Assembly (NCBI GenBank): GCA_002189035.1
Contig: NEEC01000023.1
Coordinates: 434,001 to 498,000 of the forward strand
Length of the DNA stretch: 64,000 nucleotides
Direction of reading: 5' to 3'
Source: Utricularia gibba
Lineage: Eukaryota > Plantae > Magnoliophyta
A program made the translations under genes and the position numbers. The stretch's first letter is position 1. Each line of letters opens with the position of its first letter. This document shows, one piece after another, positions 50,155-62,239 of the stretch. The notes beneath the pieces are model-generated. The model was not told the origin of the DNA, did no database searches, and was given only the letters and a program-made list of their open reading frames with translations.

Positions 50155-51779
50155 GACTATGAACCCAGGCCAAAATTATATCCACCGACCACCGTATGTA
50201 CAGTCTGTAATCAGGTTAAACGGACGCCAAAAAGGAGACGCATACCTACCAAGAAAAAAAAAGTGGATCGATTCATAGCTACAAGAAGCAAGAAACATAG
50301 ATCTTTATTCACAAAATAAGAAAAAAAAAACTTTGACCATCGAGCTCCCAGTCGAGCTCATCGCTGAAAGATAAGTGTGAACCCCGGAAACTAGACGATC
50401 CAACATACACAAAAATTTCATCATACCCATCACAAAAACATCTTTACAACCGACGAGTGACCAAGAAACCTATCTTCACGGCCAGACAATCCGAGCTACA
50501 TACCGAAGCATCACTGCCCGAGAAAAAGACCCCGCGTGTAAGAAGCCGGCAAAGAAGAGAATCAGGAAGCAGAGAGTGGGAGATACAAGCGATGAAAAAA
50601 TCTATGTGGCGGCGAATTTTGTAGCGTAGAACCCCCTTTAGGGTTTTGTTTGTCTACAAAGAAAGTAAGCAGGAAAAAGAGGGGCGTGTCACTTAAATGC
50701 AGTAACTCCTTACTAATTTTTTAAAAAAATTCTTCTCATTTTTTTCCATTTTAAAATCTCACTAAAAACTCTGTCCTAACCGCCTAGCCTCTGTATTTTC
50801 CCGATTATTCCTTGTAAAATAAATAGGGACTCGGACACGGACGCGCGACGCACGCACGCACGCCACTGAAGATGACCAATGGTGGCGCGACACGCCCACT
50901 CACTGCGTTCGCCGAGCCGCGTCCCCGAACGAATGAGGATCCGCTTCGTGTATTCTCTTCGATGGTCCAAAACTCGCATTTCACAAATTCGAAAATATTC
51001 AAAATCAAATAAGTCAATGTGTCGTAGTATTTAAGATATCACATTTTATTATAATTGATATTTAAGATATAAAAATATTTTTTTTCAAAAAAAGAGAATA
51101 AAATTGATAGTTGAAGAAATAGCATTATTTTTTATCGTTAATTAAGGAGTAAGTAAGGAAATTACTCCTTAATAAGTAATTCATAATTTTAAATACTGAT
51201 TTTCATTTAATCAAAAATTAATATATATTATTTAATATAAAAATAATATTTAACATCATACCAAATGAGTATTAAACTTTAGCTAAACTACCCGATTGCA
51301 TCAATATGAATTTAGCTGAATTTCAATATTCAATTTTTAGAATTTTATGTTTTTTTGTATCATAAAAAATCAATTAAACTATATTATTTAATTATATTAA
51401 TTCTTATATTCATAACCAATGTAGAATAATGTCACTGATTCCTTTTGAGCCCTTGCACTAAAGCTATTTCATTTAAATTTAGACTATCGACGTGCCAAAT
51501 GAGCTGTAAAATTAATAATTATTTAATTATTTATTGGGTATACATTAGAGATAGGCGTCAAATGTTGCTTTAGGTCAGGAGGACTTGTCATTGGGCTGTC
51601 GGGGCGAGTCGGGCATGGCCCGCATTGCTGAAAAATGAAAACCTAGAGCGGGTTTGATTTTCGGCGGGTCGGGTGAAAAATCAACAACCCGGCGGATCTT
51701 CCCACTTCAAAAGTACACTTTCCGTCCCCAACAATTCCAAGTCCTCCTATGGAGTTTCGGCAACTTCTACTTTATCAAT

Positions 51780-52330
51780 GTTTGGAAGTTATAAGAATCA
51801 ATTATAGTAAAATTGATTATGCATTCTAAATATATATCAAATATTATTTTATGAGAATTAAATTTTGAGAATCATTTTACTTTTATAAGAATCCTAATGT
51901 GATAGTTTTTTTTATGAGAATTGATTTTCGATATGTGATTATAAAATTAAAATTGTTGTTATATTATTTTTTATAAATAATTATGATTAATATAATTATA
52001 AATGATTTAATTATCTTAATTTTTAAATTATAATTTTAATATAAATATATTTAATTTAAAGTAATAACGTAAAATATAATTTAAAAATCATATAATATTT
52101 GCATAATATGAATGATATATACAAATATTTTTAAAATTATAAATTTATAAAATATAATTATTAATAAATATGTAATTTAATTATTAAAATTAATTCTAAT
52201 TTTTATAATTCAAATATACATTTATTATATATTATCATTTTAAAATAAATATTTTAAAACATATATCAACTATCATTTTATCCGAATTTTTAATTTTATT
52301 AGAATCAATTATATATTGATTTTTTTATGT
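51780..52330. other. Extremely AT-rich low-complexity tract, possibly a decayed non-autonomous element
   Basis: Only a few G/C per 60-nt line over 51961-52320. The motif agaatcaattata recurs near 51795 and 52301. Confidence 0.4.
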
Positions 52331-52386
52331 GCCCAACCTTGTTTCCAGAGCTGTCACCACCGTCGTGACGGAGTTGGAAACTCCCT

Positions 52387-53130
52387 ATGGAGATGGCTGC
52401 CCCTAGCGATTACCATCCTCAGCTGCCCAGGTCTGCATTGTCTTACAACCCCCTGGTGGTCCTTCGGAACTCTGGAGACCGATCGGTAGACGGCGAAGAG
52501 GGGAGGATTTACGGCCTGTACTACGACGACGGCGATGGTTTGGGTTTACGACCGGTGCCGCCGGCTGTGTCGGCGTCTTTACTCGGACCGGGGATGATGC
52601 TTGACCGTTTGATACAGATGGAAATCGATTTATGGACGCACACTGTGAATACGCCGACGAGCAAATACGCCATCGCGGCGTTACCGACCGTGGGGATCGG
52701 GAAGAGCCACATGGACGCCGATGCGCACTGCGCCGTGTGTACGGAGGCCTTCGATCTCGGATCTGAAGCCCGTGAAATGCCCTGTAAGCACATCTATCAC
52801 GCCGATTGCATACTTCCGTGGCTGAATCTCCACAATTCGTGCCCTGTTTGTCGCCTGGAGTTACCGAGCGTTGATCCCGATGAGAATTCGGTCCACGCGG
52901 CGGAGCCCTTCGGGCTGACGATTTGGATGTTGCCCGGCGGATTTGCGGTCAGGAGATTTGAAGGAGATTCTTACCGTGAGATGCCGCCGGTGTTCCCGGA
53001 GTTAGATGGTCGATTGGAGCGTAACAACGGCGTTAGGATGGAATTCCAGTGGATCCCCCGGCGGAGGAGCAGCCTCCTACGTAGGGTTTTCGGCAGTTTG
53101 GGCGCGTTCTTTCGCAGGGATCGGGTGTGA
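52387..53130 (+). CDS. RING-H2 E3 ubiquitin ligase of the RDUF (RING + DUF1117) type, without the N-terminal zinc ribbon
   Basis: YNPLVVLR; LYYDDGDGLGLRPVP; intact RING-H2 CAVC...PCKHIYH..C...CPVC; DUF1117-like GLTIWMLPGGFAVRRF. Confidence 0.85.
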   Translation: MEMAAPSDYHPQLPRSALSYNPLVVLRNSGDRSVDGEEGRIYGLYYDDGDGLGLRPVPPAVSASLLGPGMMLDRLIQMEIDLWTHTVNTPTSKYAIAALPTVGIGKSHMDADAHCAVCTEAFDLGSEAREMPCKHIYHADCILPWLNLHNSCPVCRLELPSVDPDENSVHAAEPFGLTIWMLPGGFAVRRFEGDSYREMPPVFPELDGRLERNNGVRMEFQWIPRRRSSLLRRVFGSLGAFFRRDRV

Positions 53131-53321
53131 GATGGAGCGGGTATAATAGCTCCTTTAGGTTTTCGTTTTAAATGGTATACAATAAGATATTAAATTTAAA
53201 TTGGTAGTATTAAACAATAATAATATACATTTTGTATCTTTCTCTTTTTTTTTTTTCTAAAACGGCACAAGGCAAAATAATCACAAACGTTGGCGATGCT
53301 GTGTCGAGGGTGTTTGTGAAA

Positions 53322-54992
53322 ATGCCTGTTCGGAGTGATCAAGCTCTATCCCTGCTATCCAAAATCTTGAAATCGCCCCCACGTAAGGCGCTTTCCCTGT
53401 TCAACTCTTCAGCGCAGCAGTGCTCCCCTCCTACCCAGTTGGCTGTATCTCTGATCATCTACCATTTACTGTCCTTCAATATGCGATGGCTCGCACAATG
53501 TGTCACCCTGCAGATGATATCTGGTAAAACTGCTCCTTCATTGTTTACAATCTCGTCTATAATCCAGTGTATGATTCGTGAGCTGAAGAATTTTGATTAT
53601 TCTCTGGTTTATGAGGCGCTCATTGCTGCCCATGTCAAAGCGCAATTGCCTTTTGAAGAAGCCTGTTTGGTGTTCGATGAAATGACTGCTAAGGGACTGG
53701 TGCCAAGGTCGAGTACTCTGAACAAGTTGCTGAATATGTTTGTAAAAGATAACAACTTTGATGGGGCTTGGCGGCTTTTTGGGAAAACTAAGGCAATAAT
53801 TCAATTGGATGAGTACACCTTTGGGATTTTGGTGAAGGGTTGCTGCCAGAATGGGGACCTGGAGAGGGGTTTTCAGATACTGAGTGAAATGTCCAATATG
53901 GGTTTGACACCCAATGTTGTTGTATATACTACATTGATTGGTGCTTGCTTTACAAAGGGTGAAGCTGTAAAGGCAAAAAGTTTGTTTCTTGAAATGAGAA
54001 GCTTGGGCGTGGCTGCAAACCAACTTACTTACAATGTTATGATTAATGGTTTTTTAAGGAAAGGCCTAAGGGATGATGCTTTTGAGCTTTATGAGAGGAT
54101 GAAGAATGAAGGAATCATGCCTGACTTGCACACGTATAACACTATATTGCATACATTCTGTCGTGAAGGTGAAATGAACAAAGCATACAGCCTACTCCGA
54201 GAAATGCAGGACATGAGGATTGCACCCAACGTCGTGACCTACAATACTATAATCAATGGATTGTGTCAGTTGAGGAGAACTGGAGATGCAAACAAACTTG
54301 TGAGTGAGATGAAACTATACGGCCTGAGTCCTAACATACTTACCTATAATATGCTCATCGATGGGTACTGTCATTTGGGGATGATGGATAAAGCTCTTAA
54401 GCTCTTGGGGCAATTGAGATCTCTTGGAATATCTCCAACTGTCATCACATACAACATTTTAATAGCAGGATGTTCCAGGTTTGGAAACCTAGCCAGGGTC
54501 TTGGAGTTAGTTCGTGAGATGGAGGAAAGGGGCATTTCTCCGACTAAAGTGACATACACTATTCTGATTGATTTTTTTGCACAGTGCAATGACATGGAGA
54601 AGGCGCTCCATGTCTTATCCACGATGAAGAGTGCTAATATGGCCATAGATGTTTGCACTTATGGTGCTCTGATAAATGGTTGGTGCATTGAGGGAAATAT
54701 GAAGGAGGCATCAAAACTGTTCAAGGGCATGAGAGAAAATGATGTTGAGCCCAATAGTGTGATTTACAATGCCATGATATTTGGCTATTGCAAGGAAGGT
54801 AGCTCCTATAAGGCGCTCAAGCTGCTGAAGGAGATGGCTGAGAAGGGGATGGTTCCTAATGCAGCTAGTTATAGGTTTACTGCTCAGGTTCTCCATTGTC
54901 ATGGTAAACATGAAGAAGCTCAACATCTTCTTCCATGGTTGATAAAGTCTGGTTCAGGACCATCCACTGTGGATTTTGAAATAATGGCATGA
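53322..54992 (+). CDS. P-type pentatricopeptide repeat protein; single exon
   Basis: About 11-12 tandem 35-aa repeats (e.g. PNVVVYTTLIGAC, PDLHTYNTILHTFCREG, PNVVTYNTIINGLC, PNSVIYNAMIFGYCKEG). The ORF-track start at 53232 is non-ATG; the first ATG is at 53322. Confidence 0.93.
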   Translation: MPVRSDQALSLLSKILKSPPRKALSLFNSSAQQCSPPTQLAVSLIIYHLLSFNMRWLAQCVTLQMISGKTAPSLFTISSIIQCMIRELKNFDYSLVYEALIAAHVKAQLPFEEACLVFDEMTAKGLVPRSSTLNKLLNMFVKDNNFDGAWRLFGKTKAIIQLDEYTFGILVKGCCQNGDLERGFQILSEMSNMGLTPNVVVYTTLIGACFTKGEAVKAKSLFLEMRSLGVAANQLTYNVMINGFLRKGLRDDAFELYERMKNEGIMPDLHTYNTILHTFCREGEMNKAYSLLREMQDMRIAPNVVTYNTIINGLCQLRRTGDANKLVSEMKLYGLSPNILTYNMLIDGYCHLGMMDKALKLLGQLRSLGISPTVITYNILIAGCSRFGNLARVLELVREMEERGISPTKVTYTILIDFFAQCNDMEKALHVLSTMKSANMAIDVCTYGALINGWCIEGNMKEASKLFKGMRENDVEPNSVIYNAMIFGYCKEGSSYKALKLLKEMAEKGMVPNAASYRFTAQVLHCHGKHEEAQHLLPWLIKSGSGPSTVDFEIMA

Positions 54993-56000
54993 GAAGGTGC
55001 AGCTGTCAGTCAATTCACAGACTAGTCATCTATCGTCCCTCCATAATATTTCGGTATGTTGTGTTTCTTTCGTGACGCATGTTACTGATCTCAATTTTCG
55101 TTCGTTTTCAGAAATTACAAGGGCATCTATCTGTCTGTCTGTCTAAATCATTCTCAAAGTGTGAGCTGGCTACGCATGCTATCATGCTGGCTGATTTGCC
55201 ATAATTGGGGACAGCCCTACCCTTTGTTTTAGCATGTTCTGTCCTCGTAATGGAATAATTTTTCATCTGTTCATTTGGAGTTCAGAGAGAGGGTGATTGT
55301 GGGGTCATTTCAGTTCCTCTACTACTGGCAATGGCAGCAGACATCTGGCAAGATTTTAAGGTTGAATCTTGGCGTCCCTGGAAATCGAATGATGCAACAA
55401 AGGTAGTTTCTAATTTTAGCTCTCCCATGCAGTTCAGTATGTGCCCTGACTTCTGTGCTATAACTGAAGTTGAATTCCTTCTAAACCATCAATGTGAAAT
55501 GGGCATTGTGTCAATTCGGAAAAGTTGCAGAACTTGATTACAGATTCGATGACTTAGACCGGATAAGCCAGTAATTCTATATTGGAACCTTGCAGAAGTT
55601 TGGGGAAATGATATAGATGGATGCAGGCATAAGCTTTTGTCCTCCGAAGTCATTTTGTTGTGAAGAGGGATCATGCTTTCAATTTCTGTTTGCTATGAAA
55701 AGGCATGGCCATCAGAAAAGTGAAATTTGTTGAGAATCCATGTAGATTTTGTTGTATGCAAACCTTCGTTACTGCAGAAAAGAAAATAAAAACTGAGATG
55801 GATTGTTGTGTAGTATTTTATTCCCTTATTTCACAGCTTACAATATATCCTTCGCCTTAAATGTAGTTACATACAGGCTCTGAGTGGTTTCAGATGCTTT
55901 CTTTTCAGGGATTCCTGGAGAACTTCAACAGGTCAAGGGAAGCCAAGATCCATCTCACTCTTGGAAAATTGGTGACTCACTTCACCTTCAAAATTGCTCT

Positions 56001-56333
56001 TCAAGAATCCTCCCCATTCTTCTTCCACTTGACAAGCATGCCAATGCATCTTCTGACAATGTAGAATTTGGCCTTTTGCTCCTTGGCTAAACTACTGCAC
56101 TTGCGGGTGAACTCGGTGCACTTTTGAGACGAATTTCTCGTAAGCGACTTTGAAGAAACACATTTCTGTGAAGAACTCCTTGTCAGACCGGAAGAATTCT
56201 TGTTTGAAGAACTTCTTGTGGAGGAGCTCCATTGTGACATGCTCCTTGAGAGAGACGGATTGCTGGAGCAATTAGAATGACTTCCCTGATTTTCCCTCTG
56301 CGCCTGCCACTTTTCATCCATATAATACTCCAT
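56001..56333 (-). CDS. DEVIL/ROTUNDIFOLIA-like small polypeptide (long DVL17/18-type)
   Basis: C-terminal RTF domain KCSSLAKEQKAKFYIVRRCIGMLVKW; Ser-rich N-terminus with L(S/T)RSxSQ repeats. Confidence 0.92.
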   Translation of the reverse strand: MEYYMDEKWQAQRENQGSHSNCSSNPSLSRSMSQWSSSTRSSSNKNSSGLTRSSSQKCVSSKSLTRNSSQKCTEFTRKCSSLAKEQKAKFYIVRRCIGMLVKWKKNGEDS

Positions 56334-57214
56334 TCTCCTCTCCTACTACCTACGAAATGGATGGATGCTCTCTGTTTATAGGATGTGGGGTGTGCTACTC
56401 TGAATGGATGGAAGAGATTTAAAGAGGTTTAACAAGAGTGGTGGGTGGTGTTGATGACTGTTCCGCAGCAGCACCACATGCCGATGCCCCCATTAAAATC
56501 GTCAGACACTCGGCCCTCACTAAATAATTCGCAGGAAAATTCCATGCTGGATCTGGCTCCTCGCTATCTATCTATCTTCATTCATTTACCATTGGGGCCC
56601 AACAGCACCAAAACCTGCCTGCTCCAGCCTCGTATTCATCTCTCTACTAGTAAAGCTTTTTATGTATACATCTTTTGACACAGATCCAAAAATCTACACC
56701 ACCATGATTGTGCGCAGGCAAGCAAGCAAGCAAAGGTGAAGGAGACCAGACCAGACGAGCCTTGTTGCAACGGCTTCCTTTGCACCTTGAAAAAGCTACC
56801 TGCCTGATTTTCCCAAACTGGGATTTCCTCTAAAAAAGGGGGGATTTGCTGCCAGGAGAAGCTGGGGGAGCTATAGTAGATCGGCAAAATATACTCAAAA
56901 ACAAGGTGGTCCCTTGGCCTTCACTTGTGCGCCAGGTTATGCTCTACTCCCTTGTCCTCATTCCATGCTGCCACCGGAGAAGACCACCTCCGTAAAAAGC
57001 CGATGCCTTGCTAGAGAAGAGGCAGCTGACCTGATTCCCTCCCTCCCATCTCAGAAGACTTGGCTTCTGCAAAAGCATTTAAAGAGAGGAGGGTGATTGT
57101 TGTTGCTATGTGCAGAGTGGGCTACTGCGAGCAGCAATGGAGATGTGGTCACCACATCCCACATCCCACACATCCCACCGGTGGATGCTAACTCAGGTCA
57201 TGGTCAAAGAAGTA

Positions 57215-57249
<35 letters not shown>

Positions 57250-57277
57250 TCTGCTTCTGCTTCTGCTTCTGCTGCTG
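57215..57277 (+). repeat. Compound hexanucleotide microsatellite (CTGCTC)5(CTGCTT)4(CTG)3
   Basis: Direct reading; 63 nt, equal to 21 Leu codons in one frame. Confidence 0.9.
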
Positions 57278-57471
57278 AGCATCGGAAACCGTATGACTTT
57301 TTTTATGTGGGTTGTTTACATGTTAGTTGTTACTCCCACTTCCTGCTAACAAAACAGTATTTTATTCTTGCATTGTGTTACAGGTGCTGTCGGGTTTGGG
57401 TCTACGGTGGAAGGGCGATGGGGTCCGGGTTAAGACAGGTGCATGTGAACCGACAACAGGAACAGCGCCCC

Positions 57472-57483
57472 GGGGCCCACGTG
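57472..57483. promoter_or_regulatory. Overlapping TCP site (GGGCCCAC) and G-box (CACGTG)
   Basis: GGGGCCCACGTG, about 1.1 kb upstream of the DVL start. Confidence 0.4.
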
Positions 57484-58693
57484 GATTAAAGACACGGCAA
57501 TCATGTTTGACTCGCTGTTTTACCGACAAATCCATATTCACACAACTCCTCTTCCTCTTCCTCTTCCTATTCCTCTCAAATAAAAAAAAAAAAACACACA
57601 TCATTACATCACTTGCATTTATTCCCCTTTTGCGCTCGTGTTTCCCAAACAAAAAAAAACGATAGAATCAATTGTTTTGAAAAATAAATCAAATAATAGC
57701 TTACATTGTTTTCAAAAAAAAATCTACAAACTTGGAAAATCTTTTCAATTGATTCTCAATCGAACAGAGGCCCGATTGAATCGCATTTCAGGGATCCAAT
57801 AAGGTTTTGTTCCACCGACGGAGCGCACAAATGGGAATGGGAGACTCCGGTGTCTGCGTTGTTGGGTGCGTCGGCGTCAAACCGGGCGCCAGGTCGGTTC
57901 AGCATAACAAAAATAAATGCATGGAAGCGGAAGCGGAGGTGGCAGGCGCCCGACTCCAGTTCATTACTCGTATTTGAATAATAAACAACATGTGTGTAGT
58001 GTGTTTGATGGAAGGTGATTCAATCAAAACACAAACAAACGTGTTTGGTATGGAATGAATTAGAAAAGTGGTCATATGTCAGACATTGTTTGAAAATAAA
58101 TAATCATTTGTAATTTTTTATTTAAATATGTGAAAGAAAAAAATGGAATGATCAATTTTCTTATGATGACCTGACGTTTTTTAAGGCCATTTTTCATATT
58201 TGCCATTCCACACCCGAAATCGCTTTTAGATTGATGGTTTTTTTTGGTATTTGATGATAAAATTGTTTATGAAATATTTTTTAGTAGATAAATGTGTTGT
58301 TGTAGATGGTTTCTTCAGTGCGGATTCTGAAGTGGGAACCGATGGCCACGTGGTTGGGTGCACGTAAAAAAAAAAAAGAGAATCTATTTACAGGGGTTTC
58401 TAATCTGGAGTTGTTGTCGCCAGCGGATTGGACGAACTCACATTCTCATGCCTTGTCTGCAAATGATCCTTTTGTTAATACCAGAGTCAGCAATCACATG
58501 TCTGTGTCCAAATCCAAACACTACCGATGCGTATGTTTGTTCTACACTGTAAAACCATGTAAGAGTTTCCGACTTGAGAGCAGGAAAAATGGAAAGGGAA
58601 AAAGGGGGGGAACAACCAAACTCTTGCAATGATTTGTACACGGTGCAGGATGCGGAATCCATGCCACACCATCGCCAGGGAACACCATGCACC

Positions 58694-61602
58694 TTACTCT
58701 GACAAATTCTGATACTGCCATGGATTGAATTCAGTTGCCTGGTTGTCGACGGTGGTGGTGCCGGGGGAGGAGTCGATGCTGCATCGGTGATCGGAGTACT
58801 TCCCGTTGAACCGGTAGATTTCAAGATCCCCCCATGGGGTTGGAGCCACCTCGTCTGTTAGATCGAACCATTTTGGGGTGAACTTGTCGCCTTTTGTTTC
58901 TCGGTTCCTCTTCTCTGCCCTCTGTCTCTCCTCCATACTGGTGAGGCATAGAGCAAACGGGAGTTATGTCATGCTAATGGAAAGGTGGAGAACAGGCAAT
59001 ACGCTATCCAGGTAGTGGGAGAGATGATAAAGGGGTGGACCTGCTCTTGGCTGCGCCTGCTTTCGACATGTCACCTTTCTCAAGAGCCCAGCGATCAGGA
59101 CGTAGACGAGAATCGGAGGCCAGCAGGTTGTTTGGGGCAGTTTCAAAGCTGTTTAACTTGTGAGCGAAGTATGTAAACTGATATTTGTCATTGGGTGGAG
59201 TTTTCGCCACATGCCAGACCTGCATTGCACATCAAAAAGCGGAATACAAATATCATGAAGGAGTGATCTCGCACAAACAATCCAAAATAAACACTTAAAA
59301 AAGTGTTTCGCTCGAGGCTAGAAATGCTTTTTGAATGTGTTAAAATGAGACGGAACATGTAACCTGACCTCTTTCAGCTCTGTTCCGGGAAGTGGTTCTC
59401 CTTCCAAGTCACACGGTTGGTAACTTATCGACTCGTTCCATTTTCCCGTAATCAAGATCTTTGGTTCCTCATCAGCATTGTACACATACCCATCTACTTC
59501 ATATCGGTTGGCACTGCATTTAGAATACACAACACAGAGATTAAAAACAGTGCCAGGTTCTTGCTTCTTCAGAGCCAAGAATGGACCACTGCCAAAAGGC
59601 TTAAGAGCAGATATAAAGAATGGACCACAGGCAACTCAAAAGCAAATATAAAGTAGTCTGAGAAAAGAAGATGGAATTACCCAAACCATCCACATGGTTG
59701 AAAATAGAGAACAACTTTATCCCCCGTAGTCATATTGGTCATGATCATATCTCCCGGCGAATCTACCCAGGTCCGACCAAATATCAAGTTGTTAACTTTG
59801 GTGGGTGGGGGAACCAAGTCCAGGACAACACCATCTCTTTTAAGGGTCACACGAGTTCTACATAAGAAAATGATCAATCCTTCTCCTTGTAAACATGAAG
59901 AAAAAGGGAGAACAAAGGTTTCATACAAGTTTGATGCAGTATATACTAGCAAAAGACTTTGAGGCTGAAATTACCTTCCAACAGGATAGACATCCAGGGA
60001 GTTTCCCAGAAATTTCGTCCTCAATTTGGATGTCACATCATATGTGAAATGGTCATTCTCAGCATGTCCAGCGCTCATTGGAGGATGATGGCTAATCTAC
60101 AATTCATTAAATGCTATCGATTATGTGGATAGCATGTAAAAATAGAGCAGAACAAGTCAAGGCTAACGTCAATGAAATAAAGTATAAGAACCAATGGGCT
60201 AATTGTATGAGTTGATGATGGCTAATCACAGGTTGAGATTATACTGATTCAAAAAATGATCTAACCATTCACCATATCCTTACAAGTTCGAGGAAAAAAT
60301 CATCACCTGCTCTGAGATGAACGTCACCCACGATGATCAACCATTTCATAAGTCTCGCCAAGAATTGGATTGAAAGGCTTCCATGTGCGTTGATAGGCAA
60401 AATACACAGACACAGCCCAGGTAGCTGCAGAAAAATTAGCAAATCATTTCTAACAACACTTCATTTCTTTCCAATAAAAGACCACAAGCACTACGGCATC
60501 TGCATTGCGAAGTACGGGTTATACTTACATCCATAAACCATTCGCATGTAGGGATCTTCACATTTATCTGCTTCATCTAAAAGGTCCACATATTCCATTA
60601 ACTGTACCAGCGATTAATTGCATAGAACATATGAGACGATTACATCTTTAAGAGAAAACGTAGCTTGAGATTGAAAGAGCAAAAAACCTCTGCCATCTTC
60701 TGCAACATAGTCATTGGCTCAAATATGATGACGGGAAGAGTCACCATAGATGTAACATCAGAGCCAATATACTTCTGCATCATTTTCCAATAACCATCTC
60801 GTTCCTTCAAAACAAACACCACACTGTGAATACCAAGAACGATCCCATCACACACATATGAAGACACAATTTACCTGTAAGTTCAAATGGAGAAGAACAA
60901 ATAAAATGCCAACACCACATAAAACATGAAAACTTCATGCAATAAAGTTGTTCAAGAAAATTTGGATGAATTGGATGCGAATACCACATAAAATCTCACC
61001 TCCTGCTTCCATCGACCTTTCTGTGCTTCCTCTTCAGCATCTTCTTTTCCTCCTTCAGGATTTATAACCTCCACACCTTCATACCCGAGCAAACTGAATC
61101 AAGAGAAAACCAAACACAAAGATTGCGAAGGTTAAAATAACTTATAAATAAATAAAACAGGGGCTGCATCCTTAGTAACAAAATGAAAAGTTAACAGCCG
61201 ATAATTTACGTGTTGCAAGGTATGAAATTCCAATCACATGCCAGACTAATTTTGACAAGACTCCTTATAACTGCAAGAGGTTTTAGCTACACCAAGTTTG
61301 ATCTCATGCCAGAACCTTCGCTTAGATTAGGAAACACTAAATTGGCGTCTAAAGCGGCCTTTTCTAAATAAAATGGATACCCACTAGCTAGAGCAGAAAA
61401 ATTCAATCAGATTCCCAAGGTTACAAAACTCAGGAGAAAAGTTTAGCAGACAAGACACAATTAAACCATTAACATCAGCAAAACTTCAAAAGCATTAATA
61501 CCCATTGACGGATCTATGCATGGCGTTGCCAAACATCGACAGGCCCGAAGTCATGGCCGCAAAGAAACCCCCTTTGCTCGAATTCTTGTCCGGAGTTGCC
61601 AT
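58694..61602 (-). CDS. ORP3: Oxysterol-binding protein-related protein, ORP3 subfamily; multi-exon
   Basis: [23 protein letters not shown]; [20 protein letters not shown]; [34 protein letters not shown]; SHHPPMSA; [23 protein letters not shown]; [13 protein letters not shown]; FTPKWF; FNPWQY. Confidence 0.95.
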
Positions 61603-62089
61603 TTTGTATTCCACCAAACAGAAGGTTTGATCAAAACAAAATCACGAAAAATAGAAAAGAATAAACGAGCCCAGATCACCCAAGGAATCAAGAGTCGATT
61701 CCCGAAAGCGCGAACAAAAGCAAAACCCAAATGGGAACCCTAATTCGATGATTCGGGAGATCTGTCCGCGGGAAAAGCTAAGTTGACCGCGATCAGTAGC
61801 AATAAGAATCAAAACTCGGGTGGCATTTTCGAGATTACGATCCAAAAATGGGGCAAATATGAACCCTAACCCCTACTGTTCCCTTTTACAAATGAACACC
61901 GCATTTGAACACAAGACTGGACTCGACCCAATTTCAGATTGGATCTGGGTCCACACGTAAAATCAATTTCAATTACTGTTATTAATTAATTATTTTTAAT
62001 ATATTCACAAGTTCATATGTAAATTATTTTTAAAACAAATTTCATAACCATACGGTAAAGATTTTATTTAAACCTATCAATTGAAATAT

Positions 62090-62200
62090 ATTTTATTTTT
62101 TATTTTTTTATTTTTTTATTTTTTTATTTTTTTATTTTTTTATTTTTTATTTTTTTATTTTTTTATTTTTTTATTTTTTTATTTTTTTATTTTTTTATTA
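62090..62200 (+). repeat. Low-complexity (T4-7A)n array
   Basis: Repeated tttttta/ttttta units over about 110 nt between ORP3 and the GT47 gene. Confidence 0.85.
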
Positions 62201-62239
62201 ATTAATATTATAAAAATATCAAATCATCTCCCATTATTC

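Noticed and set aside
57097-57489. APAPAPAP ORF resembling an arabinogalactan peptide
   Set aside because: TTG start, no in-frame ATG, no signal peptide or GPI signal; the repeat is another frame of the microsatellite.
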